Assembly (NCBI GenBank): GCA_040954595.2
Contig: CM082592.2
Span: forward strand, 8,357,677-8,421,676
Length of the DNA stretch: 64,000 nt
Direction: 5' to 3'
Origin: Balanoglossus misakiensis
Taxonomy: Eukaryota > Animalia > Hemichordata
In this document: positions 63,691 to 64,000 of the stretch, in pieces
Position numbering within the stretch: position 1 is the stretch's first letter
Layout of the letters: the number at the start of each line of letters is the position of its first letter
The notes under the pieces: model-generated
The model's database searches: none
What the model saw: the letters and a program-made list of their open reading frames with translations, nothing else
What the model was told of the DNA's origin: nothing
Made by a program: the position numbers and the translations under genes

Positions 63691-64000
63691 GTATGGACGT
63701 ATATGTAAATTTGTTGATGTTTACATTTACACGTGCACTACACGTGCCCAGACTCTTTGTTGTCTTGGGACATTATCTGTGCTGGGCCCGACTCGACCTT
63801 TGGCTGGAGTTTCATTTCTACCTCACACGCTTTCGCCTAAAAGTTTCTTTTCTTTCAACCCACCCCACCTTCTTTGAAGTACCTTGCTGAGTCGGGTGTA
63901 CACTCGGAAATTCCTAATCAATAGAATGACTTCAAATCTACATGTTTCGAGAGAAAAATGACAGAAAACTGTTACTTACGGTAGAAGATGCGTGCAATGG

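Overview
This is intron-rich animal genomic DNA from an invertebrate bilaterian; the very vertebrate-like NF1 exon structure and C-terminus suggest an invertebrate deuterostome, but that is inference. I spliced genes by hand using GT..AG boundaries and checked phase at every junction. Gene order: (1) a secreted matrix metalloproteinase on the minus strand, running off the left edge; (2) three stum/Spec3-family membrane-protein paralogs, two head-to-head; (3) a divergent NR1-type nuclear receptor with a non-canonical P-box and D-box; (4) delta-tubulin (TUBD1); (5) a complete 51-coding-exon neurofibromin (NF1), about 2765 aa; (6) a two-exon orphan secretory protein ending in DEEL; (7) a secreted Gly/Gln-rich, RGD-containing protein with a Kazal-like module, running off the right edge. 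Introns carry several MITE-like elements, a tRNA-derived SINE-like head and microsatellites. No rRNA, intact tRNA, CRISPR array or autonomous transposon was seen. Best leads: the altered DNA-binding domain of the receptor, an apparent gene-conversion tract between the inverted stum paralogs beside a 398-bp foldback element, a candidate 30-nt NF1 microexon, and the two uncharacterised secretory genes. All family assignments come from recalled motifs, not database searches.
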